A program made the translations under genes and the position numbers. Below are positions 1 through 13,227 of a DNA stretch of 48,356 bases, piece by piece. Positions within the stretch are counted from its first letter, which is position 1; every line of letters begins with the position of its first letter. The stretch is taken from NCBI GenBank assembly GCA_003614675.1, contig ML002208.1, forward strand, positions 62,001 to 110,356, in the 5' to 3' direction. The stretch comes from Dimargaris cristalligena (Eukaryota). The notes beneath the pieces are model-generated. The model was not told the DNA's origin and ran no database searches. It was given only the letters and a program-made list of their open reading frames with translations.

Positions 1-1020
1 TGCCCCCCCCTGTGGGTCACGGCGATTAAGCTGAGATATTGTTATAGCAGTTGCCAGTTTGGCCACCCGGCTGCAAAGGGTCAGGATTGGCGGAGGTGGG
101 AGTGGCATGGCCGATCGGGGTTTGGATATTAGAGTGTACTTATTTTACCGTGGCCCAGGCAGGGAATAGATTATCCATCTATGGCAGTTTTTTTTTAGCA
201 TTACCCCATTTGACTCCAGCCCCCTCCATATACGTCCATTACCTAACAGTGGGCCACCCCGTTGATTACGATAATGTTGGGGGAGGACGGGTATACCGAA
301 CATTCTTTTTCTCCCCCTCCATGAATGATCGTATGTATACGTAAATACAGATACAGAGCAGTGGCCGTGGGGTTCTCGGTCCTCGTCGGACTTGGACAGT
401 GTGGCTACCGCGAAATTAATACTTGCTGCTACTGTTGTTGGGGCCGAGGCTGGATGACCAAGGCTACAGTCCACTGAATATTCCTCCTTTTACTCCGGTC
501 TTGGGCCCCATAGTGGCATTATGTGTATTTTTTCCGACTTGGTCATAGACCGGTATCGCGAAGTGTGAATATAAATTAAAGCACTGAGCCGGCGGAGTGC
601 ATTCCAATGCACGAAACGGTAGTCGGGTATCGCTAGGTGCCGTACACCCCCGAATGGGACTTGGCAAGCAGGCGGAGTGTTCTTCACCCCTTGGAAACCC
701 TCAACTCGTCTCTGATATCAGCAATTGCTGCACTGGCTTTCTCCTCCACCTCTTCATCCCCCCATCCCCATATCCCCTCACCGCTGGCTAGGTTGCATTC
801 CATAGGGCCATGGCTGATCGCATCCGAGCTAAGGATACCCCCCCACCTCCCACTACCAAGGACATGCTAATATAACCAAGTATATACGCATCCGGGCACA
901 TAGTTGGGCCTGTTATCTATTGCCCTCTCATGTGGATTGCTCCGCCATCACACTTGATAATGTCATTGGGCTTGGTAGAGTAAATAAGAGTTTATACCCC
1001 CCTAAATAATAAGGAAATAT

Positions 1021-1042
1021 ATAATAATAATAATAATAATAA
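1021..1042. repeat. (ATA)7 microsatellite
   Basis: Directly visible tandem repeat. Confidence 0.9.
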
Positions 1043-4000
1043 TTGCAAACTCGCTGACTACAGCGGCTGGGGATGCTACTCTTTTGATGACAAATAAAAT
1101 ACATGACAATAAAAAGATACGCCATCGATCCCCCCCTAGTTTCCCAACGTAGTACGAGGCACATTTCTAGGCGCAGAGTTTTATGGCACTCGACTGGTGC
1201 TGGGTATTGTTTGGGGCAATATAGGTAGGCCATTCTATATAATATAGTGGCAATTGCAAGTGTAGAATATATTTTGGCTACTAGCCCTGGCAAACAGTTG
1301 GCCTACGTCACAGTATTGGATAGTCAGTGTTTGGCAGAGTACCATATGATTATTGTAGATCCAGCTTCATCCCTGTCAACGTGGGCGATAATCAAAGCCG
1401 GGAATTTGTAGGGCACGGACTGGGGCAAGAGTGTAGAGACGCCTTCCTATTTAGACTGCACTGCGAAAGAATCGGTGATCAACGCGAATCATGTAATTGT
1501 CGAGGGTATTGGGAGGTAATCGTATACTGGAAAATATTTCCGCCTACTGAAAGAGGGGGTCATACTGAAAACCGACTGTAGGGTATACAGTTCTCGGGAT
1601 TTTCTGGAAAGTAGTTATTGGGGATACAGTTGGGTCTAGCCTGTACACCCCTCTTCCTCCCTCATACTATCTTTTTTAGGGATAGCTAGGACTCTATATT
1701 TAGGCGTGACCCAACTCCCATGAGGTGATGCAAACATCGCAACGACTTTGAGGGAGAAACAGCTCCATTAGCTCACCGAGTGCAGCGGAAAAGAGAATGG
1801 GTGGAAGATATCGCGATTATTAGATGGCGTATAAAGAAGAAAGACGGGAGGTGCATAAATGAACCAGATTGTATAGGGTCATTGATGCTATCCTACAATT
1901 GTGGCCAGCTGCAGGTCCGAATGGGTCCGCAACGCCAGCTGACTCGTTGCACCAGCCGGTGCGCGACTGGAAGACCAGAAATGCTTAATGCAATGGTGGT
2001 GTAGTACCGGCGAGTTGATATAAATCCAAAAATAGCTCACGCAGGGTGAGTACAACCGCTTTCCTCGCTTTTCACCAACGTCCGGGACATGTGTTGCCGA
2101 TGGGCCGTTTTTCTTTTTCTTATTCGCCCAAGTCGCCGCTTAGTGAACATAGGAATGGTAATAGTAATAAGGGTGGCCCTGCTGTTCTGAACAGACCGGG
2201 TTTCCACTCATTTTACAAATGGAAGGGTCTGAAAACCCCCGGTAGGGGAGGGGAAAGGTGGCTAATGGACGGGCCATATGCCCCGACTAAACCAAATAGG
2301 TGCTGCACCCACGAAGGGCGCAGTAGGGTGATGGGCCGGCCTCGCCATGGATGTGACTCCATGATTAAGTGAAACACTCCGATGGAGCCATTAACAGGGT
2401 ACGCTTCCGTTTCCCACTGCTGGGTCCGCTGTGGAGCACCGTCAGAACGCTATGACTGGTCCACCCAAGTTGGTCAATGTACGAGGGAAAATTAACCAGC
2501 CCACTGGAAAGAGGTTAGGTTTTTGCATGAATATGTATATGTGGGTGTGTATCTGTAAAGCGGAAGTGTGTCCGAAGGTTCGTGACCCACCCCGGCCATA
2601 CGGGTGGTGACATGAGCCAGTGGGAGACGCCGTCGCCAATGGCGAGTGGGAGCCAACACGCCGCCCCCCCATCTCCCAGTTTGGGGAGGTTTACTACTCT
2701 GCCTCCCATTCTTACGCGGAATTCTTTGGACGCTTCCAGTCGCCCTGGGCCATTTCCCTCGTTTGTCCAGTCGTGTGCTCCTGACTTTCCATCTTGGGCT
2801 ACTTTATTGGTGAGGTCATTTGTCCCAGTTGGCCAGGCCTAGTTGACAACGCACTCATTCATTCCTAGAGCCCTCTGCCTCCTCCTCCTCCTCTCTCTCC
2901 CTCTTTTAACTTACCATTGCCCTGGTAAAACAGATCAATGGGAGATGGGAGGGAATGGAGGGGGGTGGGCTCTTTCATTAAATGAACTAGGAAGCTATCG
3001 CCGGTGTACGTTAATAATATCCGCTGTACACAGTCCGATGGTAAGGTAAGCGAGGGAGAAGTAAAGGAGAGATGATGAGTTATGCATGCGCCCAGGGCCA
3101 GCCAGCGGAAGTGCAGCCCGGGCGTGGACTGGCCGCTGGTTCGAATGGAAAGGGTTTAGTGAAGGAGAGAATGGCCTGTAATCCACCCTCCTCCGCACCG
3201 CCGTGGAGAGTGGTGGTCGAGATGCAGCGACTGTTTGCGAAATGAACTAGCGAGAGAGGATATCCAACCCCTCATGAGCCCATTTCTCCCCATGACCGGG
3301 TTGGTGCTACCTTGTCTTCTTTCGTATGTTCCAACGTTCTCTGGTTCAGTAAAGACATTACTTCCCTGTACCCCCCCTCCTCCCTCTTCTCTCTCTCATC
3401 TCATCTCCCCTCTCCTGGCCGGGTTGCAGCACACTCATTGCACAGCGACAAGAGAACAAGAAATTCGGGGGGGAGTGCGTCTCCGCTATACTGTTGACGA
3501 AAAACATTGGCCAAGGTTTTCAACAGTGGACTCGGCCCGGGTAACAGGGGTGAATTCGTGGTGGTGGTATGGATACGCAACCCCGTGGTTGCTGAAGTAA
3601 AACAATTCAATGACCTGACCGAGTCAATAGACCACCCCCCTCGTCATTAGTGTCGATGCTGGTTGGATTTTACTTTCTCCTCGCTGGCTTATAATACCGC
3701 AAAGATAATGAGTTTAACCCCTTTCCTCCCCCCATTCTATGGTCTTGGGGTCCGGGGTTATACACCAGCCTCCGCTGAGGAGATAGGCTTCCCCATGCGG
3801 GTAGTCGCCATCTCCGCGTTTCCTGTGGCTCTGGATGCCAACCATAAAACTCTATTGCCAGGTGGGGGGCCTATGGCCAAGTCAATCCCGTTGACCTGGA
3901 GGGTTCTTGGCTCCATCCCCAACTGCGCCAAGGGAAAAGGTTGGGCGCATTACTACGGTAATAATTGATCGAATAAGAAACTAAATGGGTAGAATGGGGA

Positions 4001-5510
4001 TGATGGAATCATAGATAACCACACTCAGTCAACTGCCGCCTCTGGTCAAACAAATAAACAAGATACTGCTAAACTTATCATCGCCTTACCCCGCGGTCAG
4101 GCCGGTGGCTGACGAGTGAAATTGGGCTAAAATTCACATTACCGAATCGTCGGCCATTGGCTGAATTGCTTAGTTAGGAGCGTGTTTTCCCAATGTAAAT
4201 AAATACGCATGTATAAATTATAATAAGCACTGAGCAGAATTGCATTATAGAATCCGTTTAGGAATGCCGCTTTATTTTTAGGACGGCGACGGCATGCCAA
4301 TTCCAAAACTTGGATGTGCATTTAGGAGGTAGGGGAAGGCGCCTTGAATGTTCAGCACATTAATTGACTAGGGCCTGGACGATGCTTTAGGCAGAACGGC
4401 TGGGCGGTACACTGTAGGCCCGGGCCCCAGTAACGGCCGTACCTTTATACGGAGGGTTTGGAAGATGCGGAAGGGTAGTAGTGGGAACCGGGACCGTACT
4501 TTGTCTTGCTGAGCCATCATTGGGAGGGCTTGACTTGTAGGTCGACGGAGTCCTTCTCCCTTATACTGCCCTAGCGGGCAAAGGTACCCGTGCTGGCTGG
4601 CCGCGGTCCTTAGGAACAGTAAACAATCATGACCAAGATGCGCCTCCTCGCCCTTAAGCTGGGAGGAATATCAAGGCCATAAAGAAGGGTATCTAAAAGA
4701 CTCATTGCAGCCTCCCATTGGGACCTTATCCTTTTCGATTCGCTTTCCTCCCTAAATACATTCTCGACCTTGATCAACGTACGGCCATGAACGGGTATGA
4801 AAGATTCGGCCGTTTAAACAGTGGGGTAGGAAGGGGAGGACAGGGGGAGAGGGCAAAGGCAACGCTCGGACCTAATCAGTAGGTCGGACTACGAAGTTCC
4901 GACTATTCAGTCTGTCATAAACTATCGCCGCGGGTCACTCTCGGAGGGTTAAAGGGGAGGGGGGGAGACAGAAGATTCGAAAGCGGGTGGTATGCCCCTC
5001 GGCGGACTTGGGCGGTGATAGTCCCAAGGGGCACGGTGAACGAACTGAATCACGCACCCCTTATTCAGTCCTTCCGCACGGCTGGACGCTTCGGCGCAGA
5101 AAAGGGTCCAGCGGTGCGGGTTCGAAGGGGTGCGGTCCGCTGGGGGGGAGGGAAAGGGGGTGGGGGTGTCTTCTAGAGTAGAAAAAAGGGGGTGGGAAGT
5201 GGGAGGTCCCCATCCCTCTCAAGGGTAAACACGCCCATTCGCAGGACATAATATACCAATAGCAGTGAGAGGGAGGGTCTTTTACCTACTGGTCTACTAT
5301 GTTAATATATGGGTCACCCCCTTTTTCCCGCTTGGGCCAGAGGCACCCCTTTCCTCTCCCTGCCCTCCCCCGTCTTGGTTTTTGGTACACGGAGAAGAGG
5401 GCCCCAGGCGAGTTAATCCCGATTAGGCAGGACTCCTGGGGATATGAAAGGGCAGGCGGCCGTGATGAATAGAAAGTAGAAATAAGAGCCGCTGTATGAC
5501 GACTTCGGAA

Positions 5511-5869
5511 TATAAATAGCGGGCCTCGTCCTGCCCTTACTTTTCACTCCATCAGTACAAGTTTCTACTTACCTCTCTCCCCCGCTCTCACACACCGGCT
5601 CCGTTGCTCTGTGGCCCTCTACACACACGCTTCTTCTCTTTCATTTCGGCTTTGCCTCTTCCTCAGGATTCCTTCTCTCCGCCTTTCCTTCGGTTAAGCT
5701 CCCGAAACCAACCCGATTACTACTATATTTCCACCTCGCCAACCTCAGAAAGTCTGAACCCCGGTCCAGGATAACTTTATTGCAGCTCCCTTTAATTAAT
5801 TTGGTGTTTGCTTAGTCACAGCCATATATACCGCCTTCGCTCCCCCCTCTACCTACACACATAGTCACC
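5511..5869 (+). promoter_or_regulatory. Putative TATA box (TATAAATA, 5511-5518) and CT-rich leader of the C2H2 TF
   Basis: Consensus TATA about 360 nt upstream of the ATG, followed by an abrupt switch from purine-rich to pyrimidine-rich sequence, typical of fungal core promoters and 5' UTRs. Confidence 0.5.
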
Positions 5870-6865
5870 ATGACCACCACTATGTCGGCCAACCCCAATA
5901 CATCAGCGGCCTACCTGTCCTATCTGATGGCCATAACCGATGCCTCGTCAAGAGCCGACCCGGCTTCTCGGTCCACCTCGCCCTACCCGCTGGCGCACCT
6001 GTCCCCGCTCGCCTCGTCCGACAGCGGGTCGACTTTTTCCTTCGGTTCCCCTATTGCTGAATCCAGCTTGCCCCCTGCTTCCTCCGCCTGCAACAACATG
6101 GGCTACTTCCCCTGCTCCTCGGCCTCTAGCCTGCGCCTGTCCCCCGAGGCCTCCACCGACCTCCTCTCCTCCGCCCTGGCCGTCTCGCTCGCCCCGTCGC
6201 ACTCCTCGACCTTTTTCCTCCAGGCCCCCAATACGCCCGCTCCCTCCGTAACGGGCCTGCCCCAGTCCTACCTGAGCCCGGGTCCCGGGTTCTCAAAGGT
6301 GGGCACTTACCCGACCGGTGGATCGTCCTCCATGGTCCATTGCCCTACTAGCTACATGTCGTCCTCGCTCCCCCCCGCGGCCACCATGTCTCCGCATACC
6401 CCCTCGTCCTCGGCCATGTCCACCCCGTCGCCGCAGTCCACGGGCTTCTATGCCGCCCCCGATATGCCCCCTCACCACCCGGCCGCCCAGTCCTACCTCA
6501 TGGCCTCGCCCTTCAATCCCTACATGACTCCCCCCACCCATATGAACGGCCTCAACTACAGCAGCCCGCTGCGCTTCAACCCCTACCACCTCGGCGCCCC
6601 CTACCGGGTCCAGTACGTGCCGTCGCGCCCGTACAAGTGCCCCACCTGCAACCAGTCCTTCAGCCGTAACCACGACCTGAAGCGTCACGTTAAGATTCAC
6701 TCGGGCGTCAAGCCCCACCAGTGCCAGCGCTGCGGTAAGCGTTTTGGCCGGTCCGATGCCCTCAAACGGCACAGCCTGGTCAAGCGGTGTCGGAACCTCC
6801 GCACAACCACCACCTCCATTGCTTCGACCCAGTCCCTCCCCGGCGGTCCCGCCGCTGCCCTATAG
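5870..6865 (+). CDS. C2H2 zinc-finger transcription factor, 331 aa, intronless; Ser/Pro-rich N-terminus and two C-terminal fingers
   Basis: Long ORF with strong C-ending codon bias. YKCPTCNQSFSRNHDLKRHVKIH-SGVKPH-QCQRCGKRFGRSDALKRHSLVKRC gives one C2H2 finger, a TGEKP-like linker and a second finger that probably closes with Cys (C2HC). Confidence 0.93.
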   Translation: MTTTMSANPNTSAAYLSYLMAITDASSRADPASRSTSPYPLAHLSPLASSDSGSTFSFGSPIAESSLPPASSACNNMGYFPCSSASSLRLSPEASTDLLSSALAVSLAPSHSSTFFLQAPNTPAPSVTGLPQSYLSPGPGFSKVGTYPTGGSSSMVHCPTSYMSSSLPPAATMSPHTPSSSAMSTPSPQSTGFYAAPDMPPHHPAAQSYLMASPFNPYMTPPTHMNGLNYSSPLRFNPYHLGAPYRVQYVPSRPYKCPTCNQSFSRNHDLKRHVKIHSGVKPHQCQRCGKRFGRSDALKRHSLVKRCRNLRTTTTSIASTQSLPGGPAAAL

Positions 6866-9800
6866 AAGGGCCCCTCTCCTCCGAGTTAGCCCTCCCCCCT
6901 CCTATCAAATAGCCTAGCTTAGTTGAATCATGCGTATAAGCCCGCTTGTTAGTACTCTATTAATTCTTATTACACTACCCCTTTCCTTCTCCTTTCCTGG
7001 CTCTGTATATTTATAATTCCTTTCAGTTAACATGTGCCATCGTACTTTCTGTTCCCACTTTAAACTCATCCAGCCCCTGGATCCCGGTCTCTTTTCCCCC
7101 CATTTTTTCTCTCTAACATCCCCCTCATCATCCCCCCCTCCTTCCCGCATCATTTTTTATATTCCGGCTTTTCTTGCATTGGGCTTTTCATGGTCTTTGA
7201 CCAATGGCCCTCCACCCCCCAGTCTGTTCCGTAGTACTCCCCCACACAATTTGTAATACCTGATACATACCCAATATTTATCTTGCTTCGTTATGTAGCC
7301 TCTACCTTTTTACACTCAGTTTCGTCCTAGACTTTCCCCCCTTATGTTCTCGACGAACCACTCGCTCGATTCGCTTCCCATTCTACCGTGGCTTTATTGC
7401 GCTGTGTCTAGTTGACTATCACCGGTGGTCTAATGTTAATTAATATGATCAATAAACTACGACAATGACCATGCCATAACCCTGTAGCTGAATTATTGGC
7501 TGGCTCAATAGCCTATTAGATGTATCGCTTCCACTAAAGGTGGTCTTTAACTGGTGGAGGGGCCCCAATAGCGATCCCGCTGACACGATCGGGTGCCATT
7601 TGTCCAGCATTGAAGGGATTGCCCTTATTTGCAGTATTAGCCCGAATCATTCAGTCCCCGCTATCTCCGAGCACGTCAGTGATACTAGCTTTTTGTTTTT
7701 TCAGCACCGTGTTCGATGCTGTTTGGACTTATTTTAGAAACAGACTGATATTTTTATATTTGGCTTCACTTCGGAACGGCAATCCGAGTGCACAAGCGTG
7801 TGCTGAACTACAAGGTGTAGCCCCGTATTGTTCAGTGACCCATCTCACGTATAGAGTATACCAATATCCCTTTAGGATGAACCAGCCTATTGTTGGATTA
7901 ATATAGCTAAATTGGACTTCCCTTTCCCGTGAGCCAGCCTGATTGTATTTCTTTCTATTTATTATTTCCCCCCGTTCCCTTGTTTCCCCGTTGGGGAGTT
8001 TTATCCAGCGGTGGTGGAAGGGGTGAGAGTGCCAGTAAATTTACCGAGTTGGCTGTGATTAGGGGGGGGGGCTGAATGGGAGGAAACACCTTGGAAGGAG
8101 AAAAGAACAGAAACACCGAAAATGGATCCATACACCACCCACTCCGGGTTCAAAGGAGGGGCCAACCCCCTCCCTCCCTTACTGTTCAAATGGGTGCGAG
8201 TAAAATAGGTTTACACACGTCGAGTGGTGGTAAAAGCTGCCCCTTAGGTAGACCAGGCCAATGTCATATCACCCAAGGTCTAGCTGAGCTGCTTCAGAGC
8301 CAAAGCCAGAGTCCCCCCGTTAGGCGCATCCTTCCCCACCTGCGATCAAACATTTGAAACTTTCTTCCACCCTATTCTAGGGCCATGGGTTTTTACCAGT
8401 CTGCTCCCTATGTTACGTGTTTCATGCTTCTCCGCTCGCTCGGGTAGGGTGGATCATGGGAATTTCGAGACTTGACCTGGTGGTCCAATTGGTAATTATT
8501 ACTCCACTGACATAATAGAATGATTCGACAACGGCCTACTCTTTCACCCGGCCGTGTTGCGGGCTCCCAAAAAGCCAAGCACTGGTTTATATTCCCCATT
8601 TTTTAAGTGTATACATGTATATCAACACAATAATAAATGTTAAGTAATAACCCTAATAAGAAACAGGGAACGCCTTTGCTTGATTCTTGTACCAGCTACT
8701 GTCAAATACCACCGGCCTATTCACTGACACCCCACCCTGGCCTGCGGAATCCTTGGGTCCTTAACCTCCCCGGCCACGTTACACCTCGCTAGCTATATTC
8801 CCAGCCGGGTGTGTGTCAGCTGGGAGCACGAAACCCACTCGCTCCACAGGACGTCAAACCTTTGGTTAGTGCCATCCAGCTCTAACACTATGCTGGCTGA
8901 ATCGCTGGGATTGAACCCCGTGGCATGCGCTGCGTGGGGAGAGGGGTCTGGCTTACAGTCGCAATCGCTGGCCTTCTCCGCATGGGCTACCGTTGCATTA
9001 TGCCCGAGTAATTTGCTGGCAGACGGCCCCAGTGAACCTCCCACTATCGCCTTTCCCGTCCCTGGGGATGAGCGTCCGGCTTATCGGTGCGGCAAGTGAC
9101 CACCCGTTTATTCTCTTCCTTTCCCTCCCGGTGACCTCCAGATATCAATTTCCACTTAGGACCTGAGCCAAGTTCACATGGGATCTGGCCTGGGACTATC
9201 TGGCTGCATCTATCGCCTTGTATTAGGCCGGCTATGGGAAAGAACGCGACTGTAGCTCAAAAGGGTTTTCGGGATTGTCCCCCTCGCCCTCTTTTCCCAA
9301 ACCTGCGGTCCCTGCTTCGTTCCCATTGCCTTAGTTTAGGGAATCACCCACTCCGATCATAGTGAATAAGTAAACTGGTATGGGAAAGCAGGGTGTTCTA
9401 TCCCCCGCCAGTGACTATGGGCTATTAATAAACCCCCTCACTCTGAGATTAATACTGGTCTGGACCTTTTTCTCTATATCATCCCAACCGGTGAGTTGCT
9501 CTTATTCAAGATATCACTAACACTATTCAAATTTTAAAACCAATGACCTATTTCTTATCACTCCATACAAATTCCTATTATTATTAGTATCATTAGTATT
9601 TCCGCCAAGGGCCATCGTTCCATCCTACCAGTCGACACCACTTTACCCGTCTCCCCTCCCGCAGATTGCTTGACGTTTTTCATATTCTTAGTTTTCCGCC
9701 CGTCCAGCCTGGGAAGGCATGATGTTCAGCACCCCTGGTTACCTGTCAGGGGGCTCCGCCAACCCGACACCGGGCTTTGCTCTCGTTTTATTGGCTGTTC

Positions 9801-12800
9801 TCCTGGGCTGGCAGAGCAACAGTGTAAAAAAATGGGTGGATGTGTGTGGTATGGTGTGTGTCTCTCACTCTCTCTGTGTGTGTGCGTATGTGCGCCCATG
9901 AATGAACAGCTAGTTTAGTGGCATTTCCCCGGCTCATAACCCCGCTTGGGTTAATTAAGCTGCTTTAAAGCCTCCCCCCTTTCACCCGCCCCCTCCCCAT
10001 CTTATCGTTCGGAAACTCCACTAATTAAGGGAGGGCCACAGCCCTTGCACCGGCTCGCTATGGCATTCGTACCCAGGACCCCGCATGGCCGTCACGGGCC
10101 CTCTGCAGGGCAGGGGTAGCAAAGATAGCCGACAGGGGTCGATGGTATAGGGCAGAGCACCCGCCGGGTGGAAACTGAGATTCCATGACTCAGGGTGTAT
10201 ATTCCGAATTTAATTCCGCATCACCCTTCCTGGCCAAAGATGGTCATTCATTAGAAGGTCTAGTTTATCTGCAAGGGATTGGGATTATCGCGGTTGCCCC
10301 ATTGTAGTCTGGGCTGCGGAACCCTTAGCGTTGTTCACCCATGAGGTTGAGCACCGCGTAAACAAGAATAGGGCGTAGTGGAGCCGACGGGTGAGAAGTC
10401 GCTTAGGATACGAAATATCCCAATTGCCTGACCCATAACTATAATAATTAGTTGAGCTTTATAGTAGTCGCTTTTCCAACTCCTTAGCTACCAGCAGTCA
10501 TTAAACCTGAGTAGAATGGTATTACACAGGGCACTGCTAGCGTCACTGCGCCACTTCGCTTACGGGGATGTCAACTTTTTTTTAAGCCCCCCTTGCCTCC
10601 CAAAGCTCTACTCCATTGCTATACTAACTGGGGTTGCTTTGTCATCTACAAGCACAGCAGCCTCTACAACCCTCCGAAAGTCCTAAAGAATCCAGGGTGG
10701 GAGGATTATTGGGCACTGACTTCACGGCAGTGTGTCGAGCCGTCACCCGCACACCAACCTGGCCACTTCACAACGGTCCGCGTGCCAAGTGTATTGGTTT
10801 ATTATCCCAAAAAGGTAAAATGAGGGGTCAGCAGGAACGGGGAGAACCAATAGCACACGGCCCTAGGGATTGTCAGTATGACCTCAACCAGGGAGGTTTT
10901 TACAAAGGAGGGGTGTGGTGTACAACGCTGACACGGCACTTAATGCCAAGAGAACGAGTGGATGATGAAACTTTTGCACTAGCTGAATTGCGCTTTTCTC
11001 TAATCTAATATGATTATACTTATATAACGTAGATACTCCGACCCGCCGCGTATAACTTCCCCTTGGGTCCGCTATTGTCCTTGCTGGCTCAATGAAATCA
11101 TAGGGTCATTTTCCTCATTGACAGGCCCTTTCACTCCTGGCCTCTTTGGGCCGGCTGCGAGCACGAGTGGGTACTGTCTATATCGGGAATAGCTTTCATC
11201 ATCACTACTATTGGAAAATGCATTAACAATTCCGTTAGTCTGACCACCATACATTTCAGTTATCCCGCTTTAGAAATCTGCGGGACAGGGATTTGATTAG
11301 CCAATTCGACGGTAATGAACGATAGTAGATCAATAACCCACACTATTTCCGACCAAGCTTTCCAATGCATGGTAACCATTATTGTACTGTTTTGTCAGGG
11401 ATGTGGGGAGGAGGGTGATGAACCGATCCAGTTGTGGTGCGGCTCACTCCACCCCAGATGTTGGGCCGCCCTTTTAAATCCAGTAAGATTTACCTCTGCC
11501 GGGCCTAGATAAAAAAACGCTAGAGCTTAGAAGGGGAGGGGAAGGCAGCTGAGAAATAAAGCAGACCCCAATTGACGGACGATTTCATACCGGGAGAACT
11601 GAGGTGCTTTCAGGCCGATGCTAGAAGCGGCCACATCCTACATCCTAGGGTAGGCGAGCGTGTCCGTCTATACCCAAACCTATTAGTTGGAAATGAAGGC
11701 CCGGCTACAAAGAAGCGGGTCGCTGATATTTAAGATTGGACCAGTTTCAGCCCACCATCCCCTCCGAGTCATGAGCTCCACTACCCCTTTGGCCAGTGGG
11801 TAGGTTACACCACAGATCCTTAACGGGGAACGGCAGCGTCATCCTTACCAGCGATAGGAATGCAGGGGGTTATTGGGCGGAAAAGTGTACACCGTAGTTG
11901 CTGGTAAACGAAGAAATGGGTTTGCCTAAGTGATGCCATCGCTCATTTTCCGTCGAAGGTTCCATTGTCATCCCTCAAGTGCCAAAAACAATGCGATATA
12001 TATAAGCGGCCGCATGAGAGGGGCCGATTGCTTCCTGATGCCACAAACATTTAATATTATCCCGCCGTCGCCTAGTCTCATTGGCGCATTATTCTTCCTA
12101 TCCGTTCGTATTAGCACCACTTACTCTTCACGTACTTTGAAACTGCAAGTTGCCTTTTTCTTTCCGCTTGGCTAGTGACCAGGTTCCCTTACACAACCGA
12201 ATGATATCTAAAAATAACTCGGTCCTGTCGGAAAAATGGGTTACCAAGTCCATGGGTATGTCAGAACAGTGAGCCTAAGGGTCCAGAAATGGTCTGAGAT
12301 CAGTCCCCCCATCCTTAACCCCGAAGCTTCCTTGTCTAATTAAAGCAACTGGTGGGTGGGGCATGGCCGCATTTGGTGTTATACACCCTATGTTTAGCAT
12401 AAACGGGAATGGTAACTGTCACCTTCTTTTATATCTATTTTTTCTCTCCCCTATTGACTCTCAATGAATATTTAGGGACCAAGCTGGCCGCAACCAACAA
12501 TACGCTAAGTTTTCGCAAAGGAATACACCCCCATTTTAGGAGTGATCTATGTATTGTTGCCTGCATGACCATCTAATCAACCACCCCTTTTCATAGTCAC
12601 CTGCTTGAACTGCCACTGGGAGGGCCATGGGAAGCTTCCAACCCTCGCCGAGATGTCTCTCACATGGCCCTACGGGCCTCGGGTATTCTACACCTGGCTC
12701 ATTAGTTGACTAGACTATGTTGAACGGCCAGCGCACGCATGATACTTGGTTTTCGTGGTTTAATATCTTGGCTAACCCAGCACCATTTCCCACCATGTCA

Positions 12801-13083
12801 CACAAACACCTCCCTTACTAACAGTCGACACGCACTGGCCATTGGTGATGTGGATTTTATTATCATATGCTACTTTTTCGTCGTCTTCTAACATGTGTAA
12901 CATGGATTCACGCGGGCTTTTACCTGTCTAATCCGGAAAATTAAGTAGGCCGCAAATGTTGTTGGATTTTAAGCGAAAATATTAAAAGTATCCTAAAAAA
13001 TGGAGGCTGGCTACGATGAGTCAAAACAACTATCACTTCAACTACAATGGCGGCGCAAGTCATCCAAAACAGTGGGTGGATCG

Positions 13084-13227
13084 ATATGGGAGAAGTTCAT
13101 TCAGGCTGTATAATGAAAAATCCATTGGATGAGGCCAGCATTACTGGTTAAAAGCTATTCTCACACATATTCGCCCATACACGTATATTGTAAAACCTTA
13201 TACAGCTGGTTTGAATTTTACTCATAT
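13084..13227 (+). mobile_element. 144-bp MITE-like element, copy 1 (intergenic)
   Basis: 130/144 identical, ungapped by manual alignment, to the reverse complement of 29704-29847. Imperfect 29-bp terminal inverted repeats (21/29 matches); ATAT at both ends; no recognisable coding capacity. Confidence 0.75.

Noticed and set aside
145-474. 109-aa minus-strand ORF at the window start
   Set aside because: No recognisable domain, no clear codon bias and no convincing exon chain.
570-4245. Short similarity TATAAATTA...AAGCACTGAGC at about 570-590 and about 4212-4235
   Set aside because: About 20 matching bases with a gap and no extension; cannot be separated from chance.
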